Notes under the pieces: generated by a model | The model's database searches: none | Told to the model about the DNA's origin: nothing | What the model saw: the letters and a program-made list of their open reading frames with translations, nothing else | Position numbers and translations under genes: made by a program | Assembly (NCBI RefSeq): GCF_009914755.1 | Contig: NC_060928.1 | Direction: 5' to 3' (one strand) | DNA: 64,000 nucleotides | Source: the human T2T-CHM13v2.0 reference genome, Homo sapiens | In this document: one piece after another, positions 27,958-40,084 of the stretch | How positions within the stretch are numbered: the stretch's first letter is position 1 | How the letters are laid out: each line of letters opens with the position of its first letter

Positions 27958-28980
27958 CTTTGCAGGTTTTTAACTTGATTTGATTCCATTTGTTTGTCTT
28001 TGCTTTGGTTGCCTGAGCTTGAGGGATATAACTAAAAAAAATCTTTGTCTACTTTAATGTCATGAAGAGTTTCTCTAATATTTACTTTAAGTAGTTTCAT
28101 ATTTTGATTTGATTGTTATATATGCTAAGAAATAGGGTTCTAATTTCATTTTTCTGCATATGGTTATCCAGTTTTCCCAGAACCATTTATTGAAGAGACT
28201 GTCTTTTCCTCAATGTATGTTCTTGGCACCTTTGCTAAAAATGAATTCACTGTAGATATATGGATTTATTTCTGGTTTCTTCATTCTGTTCAACTGGTCA
28301 TGTGTCTGTTATTACACCAGTAGCACGCTGTTTTGATTACTATAGCTGTGTAGTATATCTTGAAGTCAGGAAACGTGATTTCTCCAGTTTTGTTCTTTAT
28401 TCTCAGGATAGCTTTGGCTATTCCTGCACTTTTGTGATTCCATATAAATTTCAGGATTGTGTTTTCTATTTCTGTGAAGAATGCTATTGGTATTTTGAAA
28501 GGGCTTGCGTCGAATCTGTATATTGTTTTGTTAGCATGGACATTTTAAAGAATATTAATTCTTCCAAACCATGAACATGAAATATTTTTCAATTTGTTTT
28601 GTTTGTTCTTTTCAATTAACTGCATCAAAGTTTTGTAGTTTTCATTGTAGAGGTCTTTAACTTCTTTGGTTAATTCCTAGGTATTTAACTTTATTTGTAA
28701 CTATTATTAACAAAATTATTTTATTGATGGATTTTTTAGAATGTTTGAAATTCAAATATAGACATTCTACTGATTTTTGTATGTTAATTTTATATCCTGC
28801 AACTTGACAGAATTTATCAATAATAATAGTTTTTTAGTGGAGTCTTTAGGTATTTTTCAATATATGATCGTATCATCTGAAACAAGGATACTTTGGTACC
28901 CTCCCAATTTAATGCCCTTTACTTCTTTCTCTTGTCTAATTGCTCTAGCTACCACTTCCAGTACCATGTTGAACAACAGC

Positions 28981-29445
28981 CTCTCAAAGGGCAACAGGAG
29001 CGCTGGGGGATGGACACCTAAGGCTGGCTCTGCTGGAGCTGTCATGTATGAACAAAGTTCCCCAGTGCCATGCCTACTGAAGCTTCATATCGGTCTAATC
29101 TCCAAGGAGATCCCCCTGCCAATTCAAGTGTCTATGGGAGTTGTGGGGTCTCCTGCAGCCAGCATCCCAGAAGTCCATGGCAGGAGTTGGCAGGGCCCCA
29201 GCCTGTTCACTCACCTTCTTCCTGAAGAGCAATTCAGAGCTAGGAGCCAGCCCTAGAGTTCAGGCACCCCATGTGTGATTCCCAGCTTCTTCCCTCTTCA
29301 GCCTCAGCATCTGCATCTTTTATCCATTCGTATTTGAGCTTTTATTTCTAAAGAGCTGTTCAAATAATGTTGGTTTAATCAAAATCCCGGTCTCTTTCAG
29401 TGTGAGCAGCCCTTCCTGAATGCATCTCGTCACCATCTTTTCCTC
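28981..29445 (-). mobile_element. L1 5' UTR terminal fragment (L1PB-like)
   Basis: GC-rich segment ggggtctcctgcagccagcatcccagaagtccatggc...tctcgtcaccatctt, whose end is the reverse complement of the L1 aagatgg YY1-type 5' motif. Confidence 0.6.
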
Positions 29446-29449
29446 TCTT

Positions 29450-31130
29450 CTTACTTTCATGATAATATCTTTGATGTACACATTTTGAAAGTTTCATTGA
29501 AGTCAAATATCTCTTTTTTGCTTTAGTTCCTTGTGCTTTTGATATTATGTCTAAGAATCCATTATTAAATCCAAGGTCATGAAGATTTACCCCTATGTTT
29601 TTTTCTAAAGATATTATGTTTTAGTTCTTTTGTTTATGTTATTGATCCATTTTGAGTTAACTTTTATTTATGTTGTGAAATAGGTTTCCAACTTAAGTAT
29701 TTTGCATGTGAATATTCAGTTTTCCAAGCAACTTCTGTTGAACAGACTATTCTTTTCCTATCAATTGATCTTGATACCTTTGTTGAAAATCATTAACTCT
29801 GTATGTATGGATTTATTTCCAAGCTCTTTATTTAATTTTATTGCTGTATATATTCCTATCCTTATACCAATACCTCATTGCTTTGTTTATTGTAGCTTTG
29901 TAGTAAGTTTTACATTTGTTAAATATGAGTCTTCCAATTTTATTCTTTTTTTCTCAGTATTGTTTTGGATGCTTGGAATCCCTTGTGATTCTATATTCGT
30001 TTGAGGATCAGCTTTTTCATTTCTACAAATTTTTATAGGGATTTGATAGAAATTATAATATTGTCTTGAACTGTACATAACTTTGGGTAGCATTGCAATT
30101 GTGATGATATTAAAGTCTCCAATCCATGAAGGTGAAATTTTTTTTTTCACTCATTTAGGTGCTCTTTAATTTCTTTCAACAATATTTTGAAATTTTTAGT
30201 GTATAAGTCTTTTACCTCTTTGGTTAAATTTATTACTAGGTATTCTATTCTTTTGAAAGCTATTGTAAATGGAATTTTTTTCTTAATTTTCTGTCTGAAT
30301 TGTTTACTTCTGCTATATCAAAGCACAGCTATTTTTTTTCTGCTCCATTCTCTCCACTCTCCTTTTCTGGAACTCCTCTTAAGTATATGCTGGTATGCTT
30401 GACAGGGTAGCACAGGCCTCTTCCACTTTGTTCATTTTTCTTCAATCTTTTTCCTTCTGCTTCTCAGACTAGATAATTTCAGTGAACTTCTCATCAGGTT
30501 TGCTGACCTTTTCTTCTGCCTGATCACATCTGTTATTGTAACCTTCTACTAATATTTTTATTTCAGTTACTGTAATTTTTAGCTTTAGGATTCTGTTTTG
30601 CTCCATTTTATTTCTGTTTCTGTATTGACATTTTTCATACTCCATTAATTTTTGTTAGAATTGGACATTTTGAATATTATAATGTATTTAACTTAGATAT
30701 TAGATTTCCTCCCTCCTCATGCTGTGTTTTTACTGCTTAATGTGAGTCATATCTGTTTGTTTGTTAAGTACCTTTCTAAACTATTTTGTAAAGTCATTAT
30801 TCTTTGTCATGTGTAGTTTCTGAACTGTTTTTCTTTAGCTTGTGTTTTGGTAGTGTTTTAAAAGAAATATCTTTGAACATCAGGAGCCAAAAGAAAGAAG
30901 GGAAAGAAAGAAAAACAGAGAAGAGAAAGAGCAAGAATAAGAATAAATAAACACAACCTTTGCCCCATCTTTGCAGATTGGCTGTGTACTGAGGTACTCC
31001 TTTAACATCTAGCCAGGCCATTTCAGCTGGTGGTGAAAGTTCAGAGTCATATTAGAGTCTTATCATGATGTATCTCCATGCATACATCATGGCCTGGGCA
31101 TATGCATGACTTCCTGTATTTCCTAGATTA
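29450..31130 (-). mobile_element. Old L1M: ORF2 3' fragment joined to an ORF1/5' fragment
   Basis: ORF 29887-30150 (-) gives the L1 ORF2-like SWIGDFNIITIAMLPKVMY. From ~30335 the sequence is antisense L1M ORF1-like (ctccttttctggaactcctcttaagtatatgctggtatgcttga). Confidence 0.7.
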
Positions 31131-31714
31131 CCAGAATCCTCCCCCAACCTTTTTTTTGAGCCAGGTCAGAGCAGTTTTCAAGGTAATATTTGGAGTTTGC
31201 TGTGTTCAAAAAATCCTATGAATAGTTAATCTTGAGCATAAATTTAACAACATTGTGAAACTTGAGTACATGGAATGCTGTATTCATATCCACAGGAAAG
31301 TTGACAGGATCTATATAAAAATCTGTTTTTGTTAAGAGCTGGGATCACGACATTAATACTTACCATGCCTATACTCCTTCAATACCTCTTTAATACAATA
31401 GTAAATCACTCTCTTTTGCCTGTTCTTGTTTATAAAAGTGGGTCACTCTCTAGTCCTTGCCATTGAGTTGCTGGGGGATGTATACTGTACTCTATACTCT
31501 TGCTTGGCAGTTCAGGTTGAAGTGAATAAAAGAAAGAGAGATTAGCCACTTAGGTCATGAAAAGAGTAAGCCAAAATTTTGTCCTTTGCCCCTTAAGATT
31601 TTAAAACTGATTTGTATTGTATTAGGTTTGTACCAGAATAACATATACATATCTTATTATTTAGTTTATTATTCCCTGGTTCTAATAGGTCTGTTATCTC
31701 ACCACTGTTAGACA

Positions 31715-32415
31715 ATAAGATAACATATGCTGGTGAGGATGTGAAGAAAAAGGAACCCTTATACATTGTTGGTGGGAATGCAAATTAATATAGCCATTAT
31801 AGAAAACAGTTTCTCAAAAAAACCCAAAAGAACTACCATATGATCTACCAACTTCACTACTAGATAGTTATCCAAGGGAAAGGAAATCAGTATGTCAAAG
31901 GCATGCCTGCACCCCCACATTTATTGCAGCATTATTTACAATAGCATGAAATGGAATCAACCTAAATGTCCATCAACAAATAAATAGTTAAAAATGTGTT
32001 ATATACACAGAATTGAATACTCTTAAGTCATGAAAAAGTGAAATCTTGTAATTTGTAGCAAAATAGATAAGCCTGGGAGACATGATGTTAAATAAGTCAG
32101 GCACAGAAAGGTAAGTACCACATGCTATTACTCATATGTGAGCGGTAAATGAATTTTGATCTCCTGTGAAGTAGAAAGTAGAGTAGTAGGTATTTAGAGG
32201 TTGGAAATGAAGTTGGGATGAGACAATTGGGAGAGATTGGTTAATGAATACAAAATTACAGCTAGACAGGGGGAGTGAGTTCTCATATTCTGTAGCACTA
32301 TATGATGAATATGATTAACTATAACTTATTACATGTTTTCGAAAAGCTGGAAGAGATAATTTTGAATGTTGACAACACAAAGAAATATTAATACAAATGT
32401 TTGAGGTGATGGGAT
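31715..32415 (+). mobile_element. L1MA 3' fragment
   Basis: atgctggtgaggatgtgaagaaaaaggaaccctt...gttaatgaatacaaaattacagctagac...aaatgtttgaggtgatgg. Confidence 0.8.
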
Positions 32416-32419
32416 GGGA

Positions 32420-33058
32420 AAAAAACTACAACAGTAAAGAATCTGATCACTTTTGAGTGCCCTAATTTTGAAAAAAGAAAAAACAACAACAACAACAACA
32501 AAAACTCTGCATGGCTTTTACCACTAGACTTTCAGTCCTCTATTGTCTACTCGAACAGTAATCTTCTGCAGCTGTGGATTTTGTTTTGTTTTGTTTTGCT
32601 TTTTGCCTCATAATATTTTTGAGTAAAGCCTCTACTTTTCTACCATGAGTGAATTCCAAATTAGGTGAAACAATGGCAAGCACCTTACTTCAATTCTCCA
32701 AGTAGTCCTAGACAGGTTAAAACAAACAATACTGTTTGCAAATAAGGTATCCTCTGCTCCTTCCAGATCCAGGGACTAGCATCCCAAACTAGGAATGCAG
32801 GCTGCTCCCATCAACACACTGCCAAGCAGAGGAGGAAGGTAGAGCCAGTGTAAATAAAAATGTCTCAAAACTTGTTTTTACTATTTTAAAGGCCCTTTTC
32901 CTTGGTTCAGTGTTCTTTTGATTAATATAAACTCTTGGCTGTTTTCCAGAGTTCTGGCAAAGCTGATTCTGGCACTGTTTGCAAGATTTGTTGATGTCTA
33001 TTTGAACTGATGGGCCATAGGAGCTGCCTACTTCACCATGTTTGCTGATGTCACTCTG
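32420..33058 (-). mobile_element. L1M4-type 5' UTR terminus
   Basis: Ends gagctgcctacttcaccatgtttgctgatgtcactct, the reverse complement of an agagtgacatcagcaaacatgg L1M 5' start. Probably continues the 29450-31130 element. Confidence 0.55.
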
Positions 33059-33789
33059 GTGGCTGATAGATTTGGAATACATATGTTCATCAGGCAATAT
33101 TGGTTCCTTCAGTATGGCTGAATTGACTTAATTGTACAAATAGAAAGTAATTTGTTGTATATAGGTCTGCTATATCGATGTTTAACTTATATAAATAAAA
33201 TATTTACAGTGACAAAATTATTTTATTCATACATTTTCTTTGAATAGTATTTCTAAGCCCCAAATACATTGCTCTTACCATCTCAAAATAATTGACGTCT
33301 ATGGCTCATCTTAACAGACATACAAGGGACGCTTTTAACCTTAAGCATTAAAGGTTTAATATCCCCAAAAGCTGATAACATCTCTGAAAAGAGGAGAGTG
33401 TAAGAAGCTAATGTCTGACAATCTACTACCAGTAAATATGGGTTGAATTTAAAACCATAATCCTGGGTGAGTCACTTTATTCTTTGAATCAGAAATAATA
33501 AAGGTGTCAACAACAACCAAAAAAAAAGGTTTCTTAAAAAAGCATTTTGATTTAACTCTATTCTGTTTGTCACCAGTAGATACTGTCTACACTGCATTGA
33601 AATCAGAAAATGGATGACCCATCTCCTGCATGAGATTATTTTCAGTGGCAGCGGGAATCTTTGTCTCTTTTGTCTGACCAGAACCTCTCTTTATCCTCAG
33701 AGGAAACCACCTCTCATAAAAATCTTAAACTGGTTCAATTATAAGAACACGAACAATTTTGGTATATTTTTTGAAAATAATTAGTTTTG

Positions 33790-33937
33790 GGCTGAACGTG
33801 GTGGCTCATGCCTTAATCCTAGCACTTTGGGATGCAGAAGTAGGAGAGTCACTTGAGCTCCGGAGTTCAAGACCAGCCTGGGCAACATAGTGAGACCACA
33901 TTCTGCTAAAAAAGAAAAAAGAAAAAGAAAAAAAAAA
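33790..33937 (+). mobile_element. FLAM_C / free left Alu monomer
   Basis: ggctgaacgtggtggctcatgcc...gggcaacatagtgagacc and an A-tail, with a perfect 17-bp TSD gaaaataattagttttg (33773-33789 / 33938-33954). Confidence 0.9.
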
Positions 33938-34224
33938 GAAAATAATTAGTTTTGCAACAGTGTCTTAGAAAGACCACAGATACACATCTACAGAACCCAA
34001 CTGGTCCCATCTAAGTCTTGCTAAACCTTTCACATCAGAGGCCTGATAGAAATTAAGCTAAATGTTATGAGCATCAACATACAACCACAAGCATATGCCA
34101 GAAGAGAGAATCTGACAGCAGCAAAATGGATTGTAGGTGCTAGATAATGACATCCCACATATATATATTATATATATATATCCCACATATTTATATACTA
34201 TATATAATATTATATATATCCCCC

Positions 34225-34874
34225 ATATATATAATATATATAATATAATATATTATATATAATATATATAATATAATATATTATATATAATATATATAAT
34301 ATAATATATTATATATAATATATATAATATAATATATTATATATATTATATATAATATAATATATTATATATAATATATATAATATAATATATTATATAT
34401 AATATATATAATATAATATATTATATATAATATATATAATATAATATATATAATATAATATATTATATATAATATATATAATATAATATATTATATATAA
34501 TATATATAATATAATATATTATATATATTATATATAATATAATATATTATATATAATATATATAATATAATATATTATATATAATATATATAATATATTA
34601 TATTATATTATATATAATATAATATATTATATATAATATATAATATAATATATTATATATAATATAATATAATATAATATATTATATATAATATATATAA
34701 TATAATATATTATATATAATATATATAATATAATATATTATATATAATATATATAATATAATATATTATATATAATATATATAATATATTATATTATATT
34801 ATAATATATATAATATAATATATTATATTATAATATATATAATATAATATATTATATATAATATATTATTTTTT
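34225..34874. repeat. A/T-only minisatellite, dominant period 28 bp
   Basis: 650 bp with no G or C. The unit tattatatataatatatataatataata is repeated with variants. Confidence 0.95.
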
Positions 34875-36460
34875 GGCAAATACTAAGCATGATTAATAAA
34901 CCAGAATTCAAACAATTGTATGACAAGTTAGGTTCAGAGAAAAAAACATGTCATAAAGACAGTAATAATATGAAACAAAAAGATTTTGTTTTTGATTAAA
35001 CAAACATGGAACTAGAAACACACATGGAACATAATATTTCAAAAAAAAGTGTTTGTTACTGCTTCTAGTTTCTTAATCTCTACATATTTTACATATCATA
35101 ATTTTTGACAGAATCCTCAACGGCCTAGAATTTACTAAAGGCAATACAGATTGCTTGGTTCTCAGCAGCATTCAAAACTAGTGTAGACCATGCTTTGATT
35201 CTTGAATTTTTTCTTTCTTTGGATGCCATTGATAGAACATATGGAGAAACATAATGCCATAATCTCTATCTCTATTATTCCTTGATTTTCAGACAAAATC
35301 GGTGTCTTCTTATATGCTTCTCTTTCTGCAACAATGTATTTTCAGGTAAAAACTTTATATATTATAAAAGTTTTGGTATAGAAATGACAAAGAAACTGTA
35401 TTAGGCAAGTTTTTTATTGATAGATTTATGTGCTTATGTATAGAAAAAATAATTGAGGCTAAACTATGTACCTTTCATAGTTTCATTTAATGTTTTGTCA
35501 GGTTCATTAAACAGTTGAAAACTATATAACATCAGCTGATTTTCCTTAACTTGTGCCGCCAACATTAGAACTCCTTGAAAGCCTTGTAATACCATTTCTG
35601 TCATAATAATTATTAAAATTATTTATTCCAATTATGTAAATTTATATCTCTTGAGTAGATGGCAAAACAAAAAGCAAAGTTGTTACATTGCAGAAGAAAA
35701 TACCCACACTTCCTCAGTGCTAGGTACGGTCTCCTGGGGAAACCAGTGTGACTGGTAATCTCTATCCCTACTTAGTAGACTGCTTGTTAAAATGATGTCA
35801 GTTTACTGCCCAGGACTAACATGACATAAAGTTTTAGATTGTTAAATACTTTCCATTATTGTTAACATAAGTATTTTTTATATACAAAAATTAAACTCAA
35901 ATGGCAAAAAGTATTTTGTATTAATGTTTGGTTGATATGAATATTTTTGCATACAATTACTGTTTAACTCTCTGTGGTTTTATTTATAAAACATGAATAG
36001 AATTCCTAAAATCTAACTTTTAGATTGAATATTATAATTTTAACAAGTGTTGTTTATTTTATACAAATTGGAAAATAGTAAATAGTATTATCTAACCAGC
36101 CATACATGTGCTTTATATTAGTATGTCATATATATAATTATTTCAAAGTAATGCCTAATGGCATTGCAATTTTAGATGGCTATCACCAGAATAAGCCAAA
36201 GACAATTATTTTATTTAGAAATTGATATTATGAATGCTGCAATTTTCATCCTGAATTTTTTTAATGATTGAATTTTACACATGCAAAATTTATGTAGATA
36301 AATTTGAAGCACTAAAACTACATGAGTTATTGGACTAGAAAGAAAAAACACATGACCCTCAATTCAGATTAGTTTTTGTCTTAGTTTTTATTTGACAAGA
36401 CATCTATGATTGACACTTGACTAAATTTGAGAATAATTTGTTTTTCTTTTTTTTTAAAAA

Positions 36461-38570
36461 AGGGTGGAGTGAGATGACAAAACGCAAGGCTTCACAATTG
36501 TTTCTCCCACAGAAACACCAAATTTAACAACCATCTAAACAACAAAATCACCTTCATGCACACCAAAAATCAATTGAAAACTCACAGTACCTAATTTTTA
36601 ATTCATATCCTTGAAAGAGGCACTGAAACAGGTAGGAAACACACTCTAGTATTGCTGACAACACCCATCTCACATCCCCCTACAGCAGCTGCATGGTGCA
36701 GAGAAAGAATCTATGAACTTGGGAGACGGAGAGCACAGCAATTGTGAGATCATGCATTGAAATCAGCACTTCTCAGTCACAGCAGAAAACAAAAGTGGGC
36801 TTAACTCAGCTGAGCCCCAGCCAGAGAAGGATTGCCCATCCCTGTGGTCTGAACATGAGTCTTGGCAAGCTTCACCACCAAGGCTAATGCACTTTGGGGC
36901 TCTAATTAAATTCAAAAGGCAGTCTAGGCCATGAGGACTGCAACTCCTAGGCAAGTTCTAGTACTGAGCTGGCCTTGGAGCCAGTTGGTCTGGGGTCATT
37001 CCTTGAGACAACAGCTGGGGTGACTATGGGAGTTTGTGCACTACCCATCACCCAACCCCAGGCAGCACAGTTCACAAGTCCAGAAGAGACCTCTGCCTTT
37101 GGCTTGAGGAGAGGAGAAGGAAGAATAAAGACAACCTTGCCTTGCATCTTGGATATCAACTCTGGTACCCAAGGATAGGGCACCTACCAGGATAGGGCAC
37201 CAGGCAGAATCATGAGACCCCCATTTCAGGCTCTAGTACCTAGACAACATTTCTAGGCACACCCTGGACCAGAAGGGAACTGACTGCCTTGAAAAGAAGA
37301 TGTATTCCCGGCAGGATACAATATCTGTTGACTAAAGAGACCATGGGCCCTGAATAACCAGCAACAATACGCCATGGGCTTTAGGTGAAACTCTGAGATG
37401 CGCTGACTTCAGATGAGACTCAGCACACTGTATCCAAGCTGCAGTGGCTATAGTGAGAGATTTATTCAGCTTGAAAAAAGCACAGGGAAAAGTAAAAGAT
37501 ACTTTGCTTTGCAACTTAAGTACCACCTCAGCCATGAAGGGTAGAGCACTAAGTGTGCCCTTGGGGTCCCAAATTTCAGGCCTTGGCTCTTAGTTGGCAC
37601 TTCTGGACCTGGGCCAGAGGGGATCCTACTCTCCTGAAGAATGAGTTTCATGCCTAGCAGCATTCATCACAGGCTAACCAGAGAATCCTTGAACCTTGAG
37701 TGAACATTGGAGGTGGCCTGCCAGTAAACTCCATGTTCCTGTGGTTATGCTGATCATAGAATGAGGCTCCTCTGCCTGTGGAAAATGGAAGTAAGAATAG
37801 GGAGGATTGCATCTTTTTGTTCAAGTGCTGTCTCAGCTGCAGTAGCAAACAGATCTCTAAGGTTTATGACACGAGTCCTTTGCTCCTGGACAGCATCTCT
37901 GGGTCTTCCTAGGGCCTGAAAGACTTGTCACATTGAAGGAAAGGACACAAACGGGCACATCTAAGAATTATTGGCCCAACAGAGGAGGGAGGGAAAGAGA
38001 TAGGGGTAGAAAGATTATTCAAAGGGATAACAGAGAACTTCCTAAACCTAAAAAAAAAAAAGATATCAATATCCAAATACAAACAGGTTATAGAATACCA
38101 AGCACATTTAAACCAAAGAAGACTAAATCAAGACCTTAATAACCAAATTCCCGAAGATCAAGGATAAAGAATGAATTCAAAAAGCAGCAAAAGAAAAGAA
38201 ACATACAAGGGAGCTCCAATAAGTCTGGCAGTAAGATTTCAGTGGAAATCTTACAGGCTAGGATAGAGTGGCATGATATATTTAAAGTCTGGAGGAAAAA
38301 ATATCACCCTAGAATAGTATATGCAGTAAAAGTATCCTTCAAACATAAAGGAAAAATAAAGACTTCTCCAGACAAACAAAAGAAGAGGGATTTCATCAAC
38401 AACAGACCTGTCCTACTGGAAATGCTAAAGGGAGTACTTTAATGAGAAAGAACAGGATGTTAATGAGCAATAAGAAGTCATTTGAAGATACAAAACACAC
38501 TAATAATAGTAATTATGCAGAAAAACAAAATATTATACTACTGTAACTGTGATTTGTAATCTACTCTTTT
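36461..38570 (+). mobile_element. L1M1/L1MA1-2 type 5' UTR and partial ORF1
   Basis: Start gggtggagtgagatgac...acaccaaatttaacaaccatcta. ORF 38242-38442 is the L1 ORF1 C-terminus (LQARIEWHDIFKV...PRIVYAVKVSFKHKGKIKT...PVLLEMLKGVL). Confidence 0.85.
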
Positions 38571-38720
38571 TTTGTAAAGAAAACAACATTTTATTAAAAT
38601 CGAAAAAATTTCCCCAAAATACATTTTTGAGTAAATGAAAAGATAAGCTACTGGCTGGGAAAAAATGTTTTATATAAACAGCATATTTTACTCTGTTTGT
38701 ATCTTCACCTATCCCTCTAC

Positions 38721-38889
38721 TTTCTTTTTTTATTATTATTATACTTTAAGTTCTGGGGTACATGTGCAGAATGTGCAATTTTTTTACATAGTTATACATG
38801 TACCATGGTGGTTTGCTGCACTCATCAGCCCATCATCTACATTAGGTATTTCTCCTAATGCTATCCCTCCTCTCGCCCGCCATCTCCCA
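38721..38889 (-). mobile_element. L1PA7/8-like 3' UTR tip
   Basis: tttattattattatactttaagttctggggtacatgtgcag...ctacattaggtatttctcctaatgctatccc. Confidence 0.85.
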
Positions 38890-40073
38890 AACAAGAAAGG
38901 CAAAAATGGGTAAATGGGATTATATCAGGTTAGAAAGCTTATGCACAGCAATGGAAACAACCAATAAAATGAAGAGATAACCCACAGAACAGGAAAAAAT
39001 ATTTGAAAACTCCCCATCTGACAAGGGATTAATAACTGGAATATATAAGGAGCTCAAAAATCTCCGTAGGAAAAAATTTATAATAAACCAATTAAAAATG
39101 GGCAAAATATCTGAATAGTCATTTCCAAAAAGATGATGGACAAATGGAAAGCAGGCATATAAAAACGTACTCAATATCACTGGTCATCTGAGAAATGCGA
39201 AACAAAACTATAATGAGATATTATCACACCTCAGTTAAAATAACTTTTATCCAAAAGACAGTCAATAACAAATGCTGGTAAGAATTTGGGGAAAAGGGAA
39301 CACTTGTACACTGTTGGTGGGAATGTATATTAGCATAACCACTATGGAAAACAGTTTGGAGTTTCCTCAAAACACAAAAAGTAGAGCTACCATATGATCC
39401 AGCAATCCCACTGCTGGGTATACAGACAAAAGAGGGGAAATTGGTATATCAAAGAGATATCTGCACTCCCATGTTTGTTGCAGTACTGTGAATAATAGTG
39501 CAGATTTGGAAGCAACCTAAGTGCTCAGCCACAGATGAAGGGTTAAAGAAAATGTAGTATACATACACAATGTAGTACTATAGTAATAAAAAATAAGATC
39601 CTATCTTTTGCAACAACATTGATGGAGCTGGAGGTCATTTTCTTAGGTAAATAAGGTATGCACAGAGAACAAACATTGCATGTTCTCTCTTATTTGTGTG
39701 TGCTAAAAATGAGAAGAATTGAATTCATCAAGATAGAAAGTAGAACGATTGCTACCAGAGGCTGGCAAGGGCAGTGGAGGAATGGGAGGGAGAGGATGGT
39801 TAATGGGTACAAAAATATGGTTGAAAAGCATTACTAAGACTTAACTATTTGATGACACAACAGGGTAACAATAGTTAATTTAATTCTACCTTTAAAATAA
39901 AAGAGGAGTATAATTGGATTGTTTGTAATACAAAGGATAAATGCTTGTGGGGATGGAGTCCCTATTTTTCATGATGTAATTATTATGCATCATATGTCTA
40001 TATCAAAATATATCAGGTACCTCAGAAATATGCACACCTGCTATGTACCCACAGAAACTAAATACTTAAAAAG
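38890..40073 (+). mobile_element. L1MA1-3 ORF2 end and 3' UTR
   Basis: aaatgggattatatcaggttagaaagctt...ggattgtttgtaatacaaaggataaatgcttg...ctatgtacccacag. Confidence 0.85.
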
Positions 40074-40084
40074 TGACTTAGACT

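Larger units (their letters stand above)
26255..28980 (-). mobile_element. L1MA (about MA2-3) 3' UTR and ORF2, interrupted by a younger L1
   Basis: L1MA-type 3' end (gtaataatcacatcagggtaaat...gcaaacaatccaattata). ORF 28857-29045 (-) gives [24 protein letters not shown]...SDDTIIY. Confidence 0.85.

Noticed and set aside
34225-34874. CRISPR-like array
   Set aside because: The units are head-to-tail with no unique spacers, A/T only, in a primate context with no cas genes.
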